64,000 nucleotides of DNA. It comes from the human T2T-CHM13v2.0 reference genome, Homo sapiens. The stretch lies in the NCBI RefSeq assembly GCF_009914755.1, contig NC_060945.1; one strand, given 5' to 3'. Under the pieces are notes generated by a model. The model was not told where the DNA came from. It searched no databases and saw only the letters and a program-made list of their open reading frames with translations. Shown piece by piece: positions 12,470 through 25,835 of this stretch (the first letter of the stretch is position 1; each line of letters opens with the position of its first letter). The translations under genes and the position numbers were made by a program.

Positions 12470-14315
12470 TTCTGTATTTCATGGTGTGGCTCTAATTCTC
12501 TCAGCATTTAGCAATGCATTTTTATATTCGTAATAAGACCTTTGGGCCACGGTGAGCTAAAAAATAAAATGAAAGTGCATGTGAAATAAGAAGTTAACTT
12601 ATTGGATTTCTGTTCCTCCAGAAAGTTGATTATGATGTCTACTTACACAAAATGTTTGTGAACATTTACCATTTGCGGTAAATGCAGTGACATCACCAAG
12701 CACATGAAAAGCAGAAGAAACAGCAGCATCAACCTCAAAAGCTGGTAACTCTTTTCAGGCAGCCAAAGACAGTGACTGACGCCTGCAGCCGTGTCACTCG
12801 GGGACTTTTCTTGTAGATCAAATGTCAGTGCTCATTAATTTCCTTCTTTGTCAACTTTGAGTTTTCTTATGAATTTACTCGATGACGTGATAGCTGTTAT
12901 TGTGTTACCTCCATGAGCCCAATTTCACAAGACAGTTAAGTGATATGGATGTAATATGTGTATTATCAGATGCTTCCAACAGAAAAGCTCATTCAGTTAA
13001 TTTGAATAATGACTTAATTTTTATTCAAATCATTAAATAAATGTAAAGCTTTTATTAAAAACAATTATTATTGTTTTAATTATTAGCAATTATTAAAAGC
13101 AAGTTTGCAAACAGAAAGACTATTTAAATTTCTTACCACAAAAGAAAGAGAGAAACTGAATAAAACGCATAATGTCTACCCAAATAGTGTATGAGAATAA
13201 CTTTGGAATTCTAAAATTGCTTCTTGGAGCATCTCAATTTATGAAACAGATTTTTGCTAGAGCTCATATTTTAATAGTATGTATGTTTATTATATATGAG
13301 AATGGAATGAAATTGAAAAGGCCTGTGATTTTTAGCACATAAATTTGATAAAACATTCAAAGGAATTATACATGAAAAAAGCCTATTTGACTCATTTTGC
13401 CCTATAAAGACATTTATGAAAGACTTTGGATTGAACTCAGAACACAGGACCTGTGACAATATCTGGGTGAAATATTGACCTTTTCATTAGAAAATACTGA
13501 GACTGTCTTCCCCTGAGCAGAGTCAGCTCAGATCTTACCTCTACAGCTGCTCATTCATCTGACAACCTCAGGGTCTACAGAGAAGATTCCACTTAGCTGG
13601 TCGGCAAACTCAAATTCATTAGCCACAAAAATGTCTTCTTGGAGAGGATTCCAGGCAATTTTATGAAAGATTAAAATAAGGCAATTCTGAAAATAGCACA
13701 TTCTTCTGAAAAATGCCACTAATGGCAATAGAAACAAATAAGGCTTAAAAACTGATTGAAGAATGTGAATAGGTATCAAGAAAAATTATTCAGGCCGGGC
13801 ACGATGGCTCACGCCTGTAATTCCAGGACTTTAGGAGGCCAAGGTGGGAGATCTCTTGAACCCAGGAGTTTGAGACCAGCCTGGGCCACATAGGGAGACA
13901 CTATCTCTATAAAAATAAAAATGAAAAAATTAGCTGGGCATAGTGGTGCATGCCTGTGGTCCCAGCTACTCGGGAGGCTGAGATGACAGAATTGCTTGAG
14001 CCTGAGAAGTCAAGGCTGCAGGGAGCTGAGATCACGCCCCTGCACTCTAGCCTGGGCGACAGAGCTGGACTATGTCTCAAAAAAAAAAAATAATAATAAT
14101 TATGCTTGTAATTGCTTTTTAATATCCAGATAATCAATACAACAAAGAAGGCATTTGTTTTTTGCTTTAATGTAAACATATGTTATTTTTTACTTTTTGA
14201 AAGAGCATTTAATTTTTTCTCTCCAATTACAATTTTCACTTTACTAGAAACAAAAATTACACACCCCTAGAGTATTTTCCCCTTGTCCTTATATACCAAG
14301 ATATTTCAGTGGAAA
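12470..14315 (+). mobile_element. Degenerate hAT-Blackjack transposon with transposase remnants, interrupted by an AluJ
   Basis: AT-rich; TCAGATGCTTCCAACAGAAAA (12966-12986) reads SDASNRK; C-terminal hAT-like remnant AESAQILP...TSGSTEKI near 13518-13590; no intact ORF. Confidence 0.7.
13793..14090 (+). mobile_element. AluJ
   Basis: Full Alu with J-type GAGCCTGAGAAGTCAAGGCTGCAG and an A tail. Confidence 0.95.
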
Positions 14316-14868
14316 TTTATTTTTCTTCAGCTTCATTGAGTTATAATTTATATCCAACAAAATCCACCTATTTTAATTTAGCAATTGGTAGCTGTAGTGT
14401 AACCATCACCACAATCAAGAAATAGAACATTTTCATCACTCTAAAAAGTTTTCTTTTGACCCTCCCCTGAGCCCTGACCCCAATTACTAATAATCTCGAA
14501 AGCATCGAAAGCATCTTTTAAACAACGTAATTGAGGTATAATTGCCATATAATAAACTATACATGTTTAAAGTGTGCAACTCACATGTGTTGACACATGT
14601 GCAAGTCTTGAACATGTGCTCAAGATGTTCAGCATCAACAACAAGATAGTCAGCATATGCCTCCTTCCATTGTGTGGTTATACTGCAGTTCCTTTATCCA
14701 TCTCACCCATTGATGGACATTTGGGTTTTTTCTATTTGTAGCTATTACAAATAAAGCTGCTATGACTTTTGCTTATTTATGCAAAAGTCTTCACTTGGGC
14801 ACAGACTTTTCTCTTGGATAAATACCTCGGAGCAGAACAATGGGGTCATGTGGTAGCTGTGTGTTTAA

Positions 14869-15048
<180 letters not shown>

Positions 15049-15206
15049 TAAAGCGGTTGTACCATTTTACATTCCTAACCACAGGGTGTGAGAGTTCTGG
15101 TCTCTACACATCCTCGCCAACACTTGGTGTGGGAGCTCTTCTTGCAGTTATTCTAAGCTGCTTGTAGTAATAGCCACTGTAGTCTTAATTTGTGTTTCCT
15201 TAATGA

Positions 15207-15599
<393 letters not shown>

Positions 15600-15844
15600 T
15601 AAAAAATTAGGTTCTTTGTTTTCTTACTGTTGAGTTTCAAGCAATCTTTATCTATATGGCTACAAGTCATTTATCAGATGGGTGATTTGCAAGTATTTTC
15701 TCCTGTGGTTTGTCTTTTCATTCATTTATCAATGTCTTTCAAAAGCAGAAGAACCTCTTCACTTTGACAAAGTCCAATTTATGGTTTTAGTTTTTGTTTT
15801 TAAACATCGAATACTTTTGATGTTGTCTCTAAGAAATCTTTGCT

Positions 15845-15993
15845 GGCCGGGTACCATGGCTCACGTCTAGAATCCCAACACTTTGGGAGGCCGAGGCAGG
15901 AGGATGGCTTGAGCCCAAGAATACCAGCCTGGGCAAAAGGGCGAAACCCCATCTCTACAAAAAATACAAAAGAAATTAGCTCGGTGTGGTGGC
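15845..15993 (+). mobile_element. AluJ left arm plus linker, 3'-truncated
   Basis: GGCCGGGTACCATGGCTCAC...AAATTAGCTCGGTGTGGTGGC, then an abrupt end. Confidence 0.9.
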
Positions 15994-16221
15994 AAGACCA
16001 TGAGGGAGGGGCCGTAGGGAGACGCAGGGGCATAATGGCAAGTGGTTAATTCTAGCAGCCTAAGAGGTAAAGTAAACAGGAAACCGTTGAGGTGGTGTTC
16101 AGGGCCACAGGAGAGACTGGAACACTGGCCAAATGCTTGGCTCTGTTAGAGTGAGCAGAATAAAAGCAGGCCGGAAAAAGCAAGTCAGAACTTTGGCGAT
16201 TTCTGTCACTATCAGGAGGCA

Positions 16222-16605
16222 CTGGACTGCAAGTCACAGAATAAACTCATCCACCGTGACTTAAACACGTAGGGACTGTCCTTCTCCCATCACAAGAAGA
16301 CTAGAGCCATGTCTCTGCTGGGGGCTTCTGAGGTTCACGTTGTCAGAGCCAGGATGTCAGCAGTTCTTGGATCTTTTGTCAAGGCCATCTCTGAGTCACC
16401 TCTGTCTGCAGGGGACTGTGGGATGGTGAGTGTTTAGCTCTCCATCCTCTGGATGGAAGCAGGCAGGGGAGAAGAAGGTTGGGGAGGGTGCTGGGTTAGC
16501 CACCCATGTCCACCCTGAGCATGCTGGGGGCCAGGCACGCAGCTTCTGCAAGACAAGCGTGGTCCCGAGCCCACCTGGAAATCTGGGAGCTGGCAAGTGT
16601 TCCCT
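16222..16605 (-). mobile_element. Old MLT1 (J/K-like) LTR remnant
   Basis: ACTGCAAGTCACAGAA...GACTTAAAC...ACAAGAAG pattern; highly diverged. Confidence 0.45.
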
Positions 16606-17034
16606 GAATTCCTGCCTCCCTGCTTCTCCATCGGCAGCATTGCTCACCGCATTCTTGTTGTAACCTGTCTCGGCTGTGAGCTCTGGGCGTTTGCTTCCTT
16701 CCTGGGTAGCTGCCAGTCTGAATTATTTATGAACCTAAGGTACACACTGATGGCATTCCAACAAAGGCCACCAAAGGGAGCAGCCTGTCTGTAACCCTGA
16801 AGCTTAGCACACAGCGAAAAGGACTCAGATAAAACTGTAAGCTTCCTCTGCAGGGAAGAGGAAGGACTGGACTTCTCCAGGGCAGGCGGAGGCACCAGAA
16901 GCAAACCTGTTCCTGCTTCCCTCCGTTTTCCAGGTGCCTTAGGGTGACTGCGGTAACTGGGAGCTGAGCACTGATGGGCAATGGGGCAAGAACTGGGCCA
17001 TGTGCCTCGGGGTCCCAGCACACAGGCCAGCCCC

Positions 17035-17180
17035 TGAGGGTAGGAACGAGAGCCCAGACTCTGGAGGCAGGCAGACCAGGGTTTATGCCCTGGCAATTCC
17101 TGATGGGGCCGAGGATCTTCACCTCTTTGTGCTTCAGTTTCTCTATCTGGCCAGTGGGGTTGCTGTGAGGATTAAATGCA
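17035..17180 (+). mobile_element. MIR
   Basis: GACTCTGGAGGCAGGCAGACCAGGGTT...CTTCAGTTTCTCTATCTG...GTTGCTGTGAGGATTAAATG. Confidence 0.7.
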
Positions 17181-17190
17181 GCCGTCCCTG

Positions 17191-17395
17191 TGTGGTAGAT
17201 TGTTTGCAACAACAACAAAAAAATGGCCACAATTGTTCCACTCCCTGAGTTCACACCCCCTTGCAATGTGACTTAACAGCAACTCTCACGGAGAGGCGGA
17301 GTCTCTTCCACACCCTGGAATCTGGGCGGGCCTGTGACTCACGATGGCCAATAGAATGCCCTGCAAGTGACGTCATGCCCTTCCGAGCCTTGCAG
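17191..17395 (+). mobile_element. MLT1H-like LTR, 5' (U3) portion
   Basis: TGTGGTAGATTGTTTGCAA...AATGGCCACAATT...TTGCAATGTGACTT...GAATCTGGGC...GGCCAATAGAATG...AAGTGACG...TTCCGAGCCT. Confidence 0.8.
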
Positions 17396-17444
17396 CTTCT
17401 GCTGGTGGGAAGGCCGATGGCAGAGCCCAGGGAAGTTATGTAAC
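17324..17444 (+). promoter_or_regulatory. Candidate promoter/enhancer motif cluster
   Basis: GC box GGGCGG 17324, AP-1 TGACTCA 17335, CCAAT 17348, full CRE TGACGTCA 17368, PAR-bZIP/NFIL3 site GTTATGTAAC 17435. Confidence 0.5.
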
Positions 17445-17720
17445 GGGCCCAGCTAATGAGTGGCAGAGGCCAGAGGGCTTGGCCTGCAGAACTGTCTAAG
17501 GCCAGAGGCCGTCCATACACTCCGTCTCCTGAAGGGGAAGCGGGCTCTTCTCAGATGCACAGGGACAATGTGAAAATCCTGTCCTCAGATTGAGAGGCTG
17601 TTTCGTGGGCACCGAATTCGGGGTCAGGAAAGCAGCCTGCATCCACGAGTATCCTCGGGTTACTAAGTGGGGCCAGTGGCTCCAGGTGTAACCCATTTAA
17701 GTTTGCCAGACAGCCGGGAT

Positions 17721-17850
17721 GTAAGGAATGCCCTAATGATTCCCCTTTCCCCCCCACGGAAAGTGGGCAGTGGGGTCTGGGAAGGGGTTTGGGAAGGGGT
17801 CTGGGGAGTGGGATGAGGTTGGGACTAACTCTTGTTGGCTTTCCTTACAG
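17721..17850 (+). other. Candidate 130-nt intron with nine G-runs (also a strong G-quadruplex motif, 17765-17823)
   Basis: GAT|GTAAGG donor; branch ACTAAC 17824-17829; CTTTCCTTACAG| acceptor. Confidence 0.4.
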
Positions 17851-17908
17851 AAGGGGTAGCTGGAGTGTTTCAGGTCTATTTGCTTGTTTTGTGTTTTTCA
17901 ATTTCGGG

Positions 17909-18288
<380 letters not shown>

Positions 18289-19082
18289 TGCTTGCTTGTT
18301 TTTAATATATCCTTGCTCCCTGTCTTTCACAAAAGATGCTTTTTGCGGGCAGCTGATGTTCTGTAACTTCTTGTGAGTCTACCGCAAGCATGCCTGTGTA
18401 TGTGGGAGGAGGAGGTGAAAACGGCCCAGCAGCTTCCCCTGTGATCACAGAATGGGCACCAAACTCTCCATCGGGAAAAACAGCCCTGGGGACTCCACCT
18501 TGAGCTTATGCATTGGGGCTTGGGGCCACCAGATAGTTCTATTTTGTTTTTAAAATCAGCCAATGGCCAAAATGCCAAAGCAAAGACAAAAGGTCCCCAA
18601 AGCTGCCATTGCTCATCTCCTATTAGTCTTTAAATCTGGAAAAAAAAAAAAACAAAACAAACAAAAACCACGGGAATAAAGCATACACGGAAGTGTTGGC
18701 AGCTTGCACACTCAGCCATGAGATCCCAACCTGAAACACCCATGTCTGTCCCAACGGATTTAGCCTCCTTTAACCAGGGCCTCCCGGAGATCTAGGTTTG
18801 CAAACTCCTTGGAGCCCTCCTGGCCCTGGATTCAGCAGCCTCTCCATAGTTCTGGCCTCTGGTATTTGGCAAAAAGCCTAAAACAAAACAAACAAACAAA
18901 CAAACCTGCTCTGCAACTGCCCAGAGACAAAAGCTGTTTCGCTGTGAGTCTCAGGCTGCTCTGCGTAGCTCTGAAAGGGCAGGTGACAGTCTTTGTTTTT
19001 AGCATAGTTGCATGTTTCCAGCACAATCTCGTCAATGGCTTATGTGGTAAGTAGGTGCTCAACAAAGGTGTCAGTTAACTGA

Positions 19083-19252
19083 AGAACCCCCTGGACCAGT
19101 GTGAGAATCTCCAGGAGAGCTCCCTAAGGCACAGATGGCTGAGCCTTGCCCTAGATTCCGTGGGTCTGGAGAAGGGCCCTGGAATGTGCATTTGTCACAA
19201 GTTCCAGGTGATGCTGGTGCCGCTGGCTGGGGACCCCACTTTGCGAACCGCA
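19083..19252. mobile_element. MER5A hAT MITE
   Basis: GAATCTCCAGGAGAGCT...GGAATGTGCATTT..CACAAGTTCCAGGTGATGCTG...CCACTTTGCGAACC. Confidence 0.75.
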
Positions 19253-21592
19253 GGCAGAGTGGATAGAAGCCTGTCTCCAGTGCCAGACGGCCCGGCTCCA
19301 CAGGACAGCTCTGTAGTACTCAACTTCCTCCTGCCTCGATTTCCTCATCAGTAAAATTGAGGGAATTATAATGCACACGCCGCCTGGTAAATGACGCATA
19401 AATGTTATTTAAAACATAAGGAAGCACACAGAAAAGAGAGAACAAAAGTGAAACTCCCCACCGCTCTGTTTCCCTCCTTTCCCTTCCGCCTCCTCGCCCT
19501 GAGCTGGAACGAGGGGGACGTGGAACCCTGGCTCCATGCTAAGACCCCGCTGTGGGCAACCGGCCCTGACCCCCCAAAATAAGCAAATCGCAAGGTCAAA
19601 TTTAGACTCCCAGGCCCCAGGGCTCCAATGGCTCCAATCCCCTGGACTCACAGAACCCGAAGAGCCAGTTCCTCTGGGCACAGAACAACACGCGTTGGGC
19701 ACTGACAGGAAGGGAAAGAAAACAGCCTGCGGAGGTATTTCCAGCGTGCCCAGGGCAGCTGGGAGGAGGCTCCACGGCGCCCGGTTCTTCTGTTGGCAGA
19801 AGGGTCCAGAATCCCACATCTGTACCTTCCCCGCTGTCACGCGCTTATGCCAGGAACAGCCTGAGCAGGGTGGCCCTCCGGGGTTCCTGGGAGGCAGGGC
19901 TAAGGACCCATGGCAGGCCTGGGTGAGCCGCCTGCACGCACTCTGCTCACTCGTGACTCCCCTGCAGAAGCACAGCCTTTCCCGTGCTCCTCAGTTTACC
20001 TCCGTTTGCACTAACACGAGGCGGGGGACAAGAACTTTCCTGTACCTCCTTCGCTGGCTCTCTCTCACACAACCCCCACCAGGGCAGCTGAAGAACTCTC
20101 AGAACATGAATCAGACCCCAGAGCCACCTTCACATGGTTCAGTGCCCACAAGACACCTCGAGGGCTGCTCGTGAATTAGTCGGGGTCCCTCACCTCATCC
20201 CACACCCCTGTTCCCGCCACCTCCCACAGCTGGGGCCCCCAGACATCATCAGCACAGTCACTGCTGCCAGCCTTGACACCTGCTGTTCCCTCATCCGGGA
20301 AAGCCCTTCTGCACCTGGACCCCTGGGGAGCCCCCAGCACCAGACTCTGGGGCACCTGGACCCCTGCAGGGCCCCCAGCGCCAGCCTCTGGGACAGCCTC
20401 TGCCGGTCAGTGGCTTCTCTCTGGTCTCCCGCCATGTGCTGTGTCCGTGGCTGTCTACAGAAGTAGACACAATCTCCGGCCACCTCAGTTTTCTCAGTAC
20501 CCCGATCACAATGTAGAAATGACCTGCTTTGTGTCTGGCCCTCACCAGACTCCGAGCCCCTCGGAGCAGGGTCAGTGCCTCCACGGTGAGCCTTCTATTC
20601 CCCGCTCTGGCAGGCCCAGAAACTCCAGCCTCATGCAATTTGAGCACCTCACCGACGCAGCGCTCCAGGGCACGGGCTCTGGGCCCCAACTACCTTGGCC
20701 CAAGCTCCAGCCTCGCCGAGCAGCTGAGGCAAGTCCTTTCACCTCGTGGTGCCTCTGATTCCTTATCTGCAAAATGGGTACAACCTCTGACTCAGAAGGC
20801 TGAGAGGTTTTGTAGGTCTCTCACCCTGCCTGGCACGGGCACACCCATGAGGCTGAGGCACAAACCAGAAAATCTGCTTCTCCTGGGTGAGAAGAATGAA
20901 TGTCAGGCAGCCCAGAGAGTGACCCGCACAGCATCTTGGCCTGCAGACAGGCGGATTATCAGAAGGAAGCAGGGAGGCCGCACTGGGACGGAGAGGCAGG
21001 GGCGCTGGGATGGAGAGGCGGCAGCTGTCAAGGCTCACCGTTCCCGCGCCATCACTTTCTGCTTCTGCTCTGAGATGTTCCGCCTCCCACCGTCTCACTG
21101 GAGGCCTCCAGACCTGCTCTCCTCAGCTGGACCGCTCTTCCCTGAACAGGATTCCCCCCCAGCACACACGCCCAGGCCTGGCACATCCAGGCTTCCCCAG
21201 AGGCAGAGCCAGCCAGCCCATGTACAGGGCCTGACCTCTGCCCAGACATGTGTAGGTTTTGTAGCTTGACTTTCTGAAAGCAATGGTATTCTCCACTTTT
21301 CTTCTCGGTGGCCAGGGGTGGGGTGGGGAGTCCCCTCACTGTCACCATCTCGTCCCCTGTGCTATCTTCAGAAGGCATCCAACACTTGCGAGTGTTTTAA
21401 ATAAAAAACCAGGTCCACCCACTGCAGACAAGCAGTTTAGACAGAGGCTGTCCTCACCCACCTGCTCACCGAGGTATCAGACAATGCCCTGTGGCCCCCA
21501 CAGGGTGCTGACCGTGTTAATTTCATCCATTTTCTTAAGGCTCCAGAAATGGATTTGGGAGCTGAGATCAGTCAAAAGGCATGTATCTAACA

Positions 21593-21680
21593 TACACACA
21601 ACCACACACACACTCATTCATGCATACACAGACACACACATAGGTACACACGTGCACACACACACGCACACACGTCACAG
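21593..21680. repeat. Imperfect (CA)n
   Basis: Direct inspection. Confidence 0.85.
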
Positions 21681-23064
21681 ACCCAAACAATAAAGACACA
21701 GATTTGTTTGGTTTCTTACATCATTTTTGCTTCAGGTTTTCACACAATAAAGGCTATGTTAAGCTGAAAAAAATAAGATTAAAGGTAACCTACTGGTCTT
21801 TACGTGTGTGTGTGTTCATAAACACAAGTGCATGTGTGAGCACCTCTACTCAGAAACCCACTGAAAATAAAGAAAATAATGATAGAAGAAATCAATGACT
21901 CTCTAGCTGTAGCTCTGAGGGCAGTTCAGAAAAATGATCTTCACCTGCCGCAGAGTAGAGCTGGAGGCTGCATAGGAGACGTCATTCCCAGCATCCGATT
22001 TCTAAGACATGAGCCCACATAGGACTCCTGTGCACACTTCGGCCTTGTGAGAATCAGCATGAGGGCCTCCCCAGCACAGGTGCTGCTCCCATGGGGAAGA
22101 AGCTTCCTCCCCGAGGCTGAAGAAGGGGCCCACAGCCTCCGGTAGCGGCCAGCTGCAGATGTCTGCAAAAGCAGCGCCCACTTGGGCCTGCCGACCTTGA
22201 AGTCAGACAGGCCAGTGACACTAGTCAGTCATCACTGGCCATATTGACTTGGGCCAGTCTCCAAATTTCCCACAGCTGTAGTTTTCTCACCTTGACAAAG
22301 CTATTTCATCACCTCGCTGCTGTTTTGGAGCTGGGGTGACAGCAGCCGGTTGTTGAAATGGCTGCGCAGATGGAAACCATGTTGGTCAAGCCCTGACTTT
22401 ATAAAAGGTGTTAAACAAGTGTGCAATGAATGGTAGCTATCATTAGTTTGTAACAAGGGGAAATACATCATCCGAGGGAGGCAGGATGTGCTGCGTGGAA
22501 AAGGCACCACCTTCCAGTAGGAAAATGTACCTTGAAAAGGCCCCCTGAGGACAGGGGTGTCCGTAACAAGACGGGCTGGGGTGCTACGGGCAGGGAGAGA
22601 CTAGGTTATTTTTTGTTCTGCAGGAGAGGGGGTTGATATGAGGGGAGGGAGGAGGGAGAGAAACGGGAGGAGGGAGAGGAGCCAGGAGAGGTGGGTGGGG
22701 CGGGAGCTGGAGATACGAAATTCCTCCACTGTGAGTAACCAGAGGACCCAGCAAACACGACCTCGACCAGGCAGTGGGTGTGAGAGTTTTCTTTTAACAC
22801 AGACGAGTACAAACAAGGAAACACAAAATCTCTCCCCGTGGATAACTCCTGGAGACATTGCGAAAAACAAAGACCTGTACTGGAAGAAAATCCAAACAGT
22901 ACAGGAAGGTACAAAATGAAAACAGAGCCTCTCCCAGCCCCACCTCCACAAAATGTTTTCCCAAATATCTTCTGTTCCCGAGATGGCCCCGGGGCAGGGA
23001 GAACGGACCTGACTTCCTGCCCCTGGGACTGCAGGAGCGGCTGCAGCTGCTGAATCCATGGCTA

Positions 23065-23507
23065 TGGATTTAGTGGCTTAAAACCACAGAAATGTATTAT
23101 CTTATAGTCCTAGAGCCCAGAATTCTGAAATGAGTCTTAGGTGTGAAACGTGAAAACCGAGTTGTAGGCAGCACCCTCGGAGGCTCTGGGAGGATCCTAC
23201 CTGCCTCTCCCAGCTTGCGGCAGCTGCGGGGGTCCCTGGGCCTGTGGCTGCATCGCTCCCATCTCTGCCTCGTGGTCGCACGGCCTCCTCCTCGTTTGTA
23301 TTCAAACCTCCCTCCATCTCCCTCTTGTAAGGACCCTTGTGATGGCATTTAGGGACCGCCAGATCATAGACGGTCATCTCCCCCTTCTCCCCCTTGCAAC
23401 ATCCTTCCTTACATCTGCAAAGTCCTTTTCACCAGGTAAGGTCACATTCACCGGTCCTGGGGTTAGGATGAGGCTCTCTTTGGAGGCCATTATTCAGCCA
23501 ACCACAG
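23065..23507 (-). mobile_element. MLT1C-like LTR
   Basis: TTAGTGGCTTAAAACCACAGAAATGTATTATCTTATAGT...GTAAGGACCCTTGTGATGGCATTTAGGG...ATTCAGCCAACCACA. Confidence 0.85.
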
Positions 23508-24800
23508 GGACTTGAGCCTGAGTCTGGCTGGAGGAGCTGGTTAAGGGGGCCCACACCCAGCTCTGCCTTCAGTTCTGACCTGCTTTCTTCTTAGGGAGCC
23601 CTTGTCTTGTACACGATCCAGCATCTGACCCCACCTTGTCCCCAGCGCCTGTCACCCTGCTGGGAACCCCTGTTTTTCCAGACCTGGAACTTCTGTTTCT
23701 CCAATACTCGTTGCACACTCCAGACCTCTCTAGGAATTGGAAGCTGCTCCTGAGCCCCAGGCCCGTGGTGTTCCCCCATATCTAGCCCACCTCCCAAATG
23801 ACAACTCCCTGCCACCCTTGCAGGGACCCCTCCCCAGCCTCCTCCTGCCTCCTAGCTGGGCCTGCCTCCTGCTGTGCTGAGCAGCCAGGACATCCCCTGA
23901 CACCACTCCTGGACCCCACCTTGCCAACCACAGGCTGCTCCTGGGTCTTCCTGTCTCCTGCATCTGGGAACACCCCCACCCACACCTGGCTTCGGTGGAA
24001 CAGTCCTGGCGGTGCTGCTGCTGGGAGAGGGAGGGGAGGCAGCGATGGAGACAAAGGGAAACTCAAGGGCAGCTCACAGGCCAGGAAGATTCAGGGACTC
24101 AGAGGTGGGGGGCCTGAACTGGTGCCCCTGGCCTCCTACCCCACTATCCTCCTGTCAACAGGGTACGAGCCTCTCCCTGCTCAAGACAGGTGACCTCCAC
24201 AGTGAGGTGTCCATGCCTATGGTCATGGTCACCAGCTGACACCCTCAGAAAGTCACCCTCAGGGTGCAGAGCACGGGGCCTGGGGTAACTGCCTGGCTCC
24301 GCTCCCTGGTCTGGAATCAGCAGTGTGGGGCAGGTGGGCAGTGGGGTATGGACTTGAAACTGCTTTCCCAGTGCAGAGCTGCTTTCAAGGCCCTCACTCT
24401 TAGCTTGAACAGCAACCATGACTGTTTCCCAAAAGGGAAGGAAAAATGTCTTTGCTGCTATCAATAGCCAAATGGATCACGAATCCCTGGGTCCTGGTGT
24501 TTGCACATCATGTCATCTCAAGGACCAAGCCACGTGGCCATTCTTGGGATAACATTGGGTTTTTTCTACTCCAAAGGGGTAGATCCGTTTGTTATACTTT
24601 GCATTTTGTAGCTTACTGAATGCTTGCTACAGGCAAGCCCTCGGGTAGTGCAGGAGGGGCTGGGAACTCCTCAAGGGCAGGGAGCAGGGCTTTTTGCTCT
24701 AATTGCCTAGTGTCTAACACACTGTCTGATAAATGGTGAATGGAAAAAGGGAGGAAGGAAGGAAAACAGCACTCTAAGTTTCAAGGAACTTAAAACCTCT

Positions 24801-25160
24801 TGCTAGGGTTGAAATGGTTGTGCCCCCCTCAAAGCGATATATTGAAGCCTAACCTCCGATCTGCTGATATTAGGAGGCAGGGCCTTTGGGAGGTGGTCGG
24901 CTCTTGAGGGTGGAGCCCTCATGAATGGGACAAGCGCCCCTATAATGAGATGAAAAGATCAGATTTCTCCCCTCCCCCCGAGTGAGGACACAGCGAGAAA
25001 GTGCGCTCTTTGAACCAGAAAGCCCTCACCAGACGCCGAATCTGCTGGTGCCTTGACCTTGGACTTTCAGCCTCCAGAAATGTGAGAAACAAATGTCTGT
25101 TGTTTATAAGCCCTTCCAGCCTATGGGATTTTGTTCTAGCAGCGTAAGTGGACTAAGACA
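24801..25160 (+). mobile_element. MLT1A0-like solo LTR
   Basis: TGCTAGGGTTGAA...GGACTAAGACA; TSD CCTCT/CCTAT. Confidence 0.88.
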
Positions 25161-25574
25161 CCTATGAAGGACATTACACATTTTACAAGTGGACAATGAA
25201 TTGACAATTGTCACAAGGCTTGAGCTATTCATATGGGCTTCCTACCCAACTCTGGCTGAATCCAATGTCCTCAAGCTTCTCTTATTCCATTCTGCCTCTC
25301 TCAGGGTGTTCTCCTCTGCCAAAGTGGGGGGACCCTCTTCTGATGTTTACGCGAGTCTCAAGTCCCCAGGGATTCATCTCACTGTGATTTAGCCAGGGCC
25401 TTGTTGCTTCTTCGGGAATCAGATGGCTGGACCACGAAAGCCCAGCGCCTTTCCTATCCTGAAAGAAGCTCCGGGGAAACCTTATTCAATACGTGGAGTT
25501 AGGGAGCTGCATCCTTAGCATGAATTCAGGAGGTATCTTTTCTGTTTGAGATCAGGCGTCAAAAGCCATCATGC

Positions 25575-25755
25575 CACATTGCTTAAAAACCTGGCCCCTG
25601 GAACCGGAACACCTGGGTTCAAATCCTGCCTGTGCCTCATGTCCTTGGGCAACTTTCCTAGCGCTTTATATGTCAGTTTCCTCATCTGCAAAATGGGGAC
25701 CACAGAAGCTCCTCACCAGGGGCTGCCGTGAGAATCAATGGGGCTGGTGTGTGAC
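25575..25755 (+). mobile_element. MIR
   Basis: CCTGGGTTCAAATCCTG...CCTTGGGCAA...CAGTTTCCTCATCTGCAAAATGGGGA. Confidence 0.8.
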
Positions 25756-25835
25756 GATCAGGTGACCAGGGCACCTTGGTTGGTTTGACTCACTGTGAGC
25801 CCCACCCACAGCACTGCACAAGCCCTCTCAGCACT

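Noticed and set aside
19536-21269. 212-aa and 246-aa ORFs
   Set aside because: No domain similarity; overlap MIR/L2-like fragments; many overlapping frames of similar length
22210-22240. Hairpin GGCCAGTGA...TCACTGGCC
   Set aside because: 9-bp stem only; too short for a pre-miRNA and expected by chance
23440-23452. ERE-like GGTCAcatTCACC (also GGTCAtggTCACC at ~24221)
   Set aside because: One-mismatch matches are common; the first lies in ordinary MLT1 sequence
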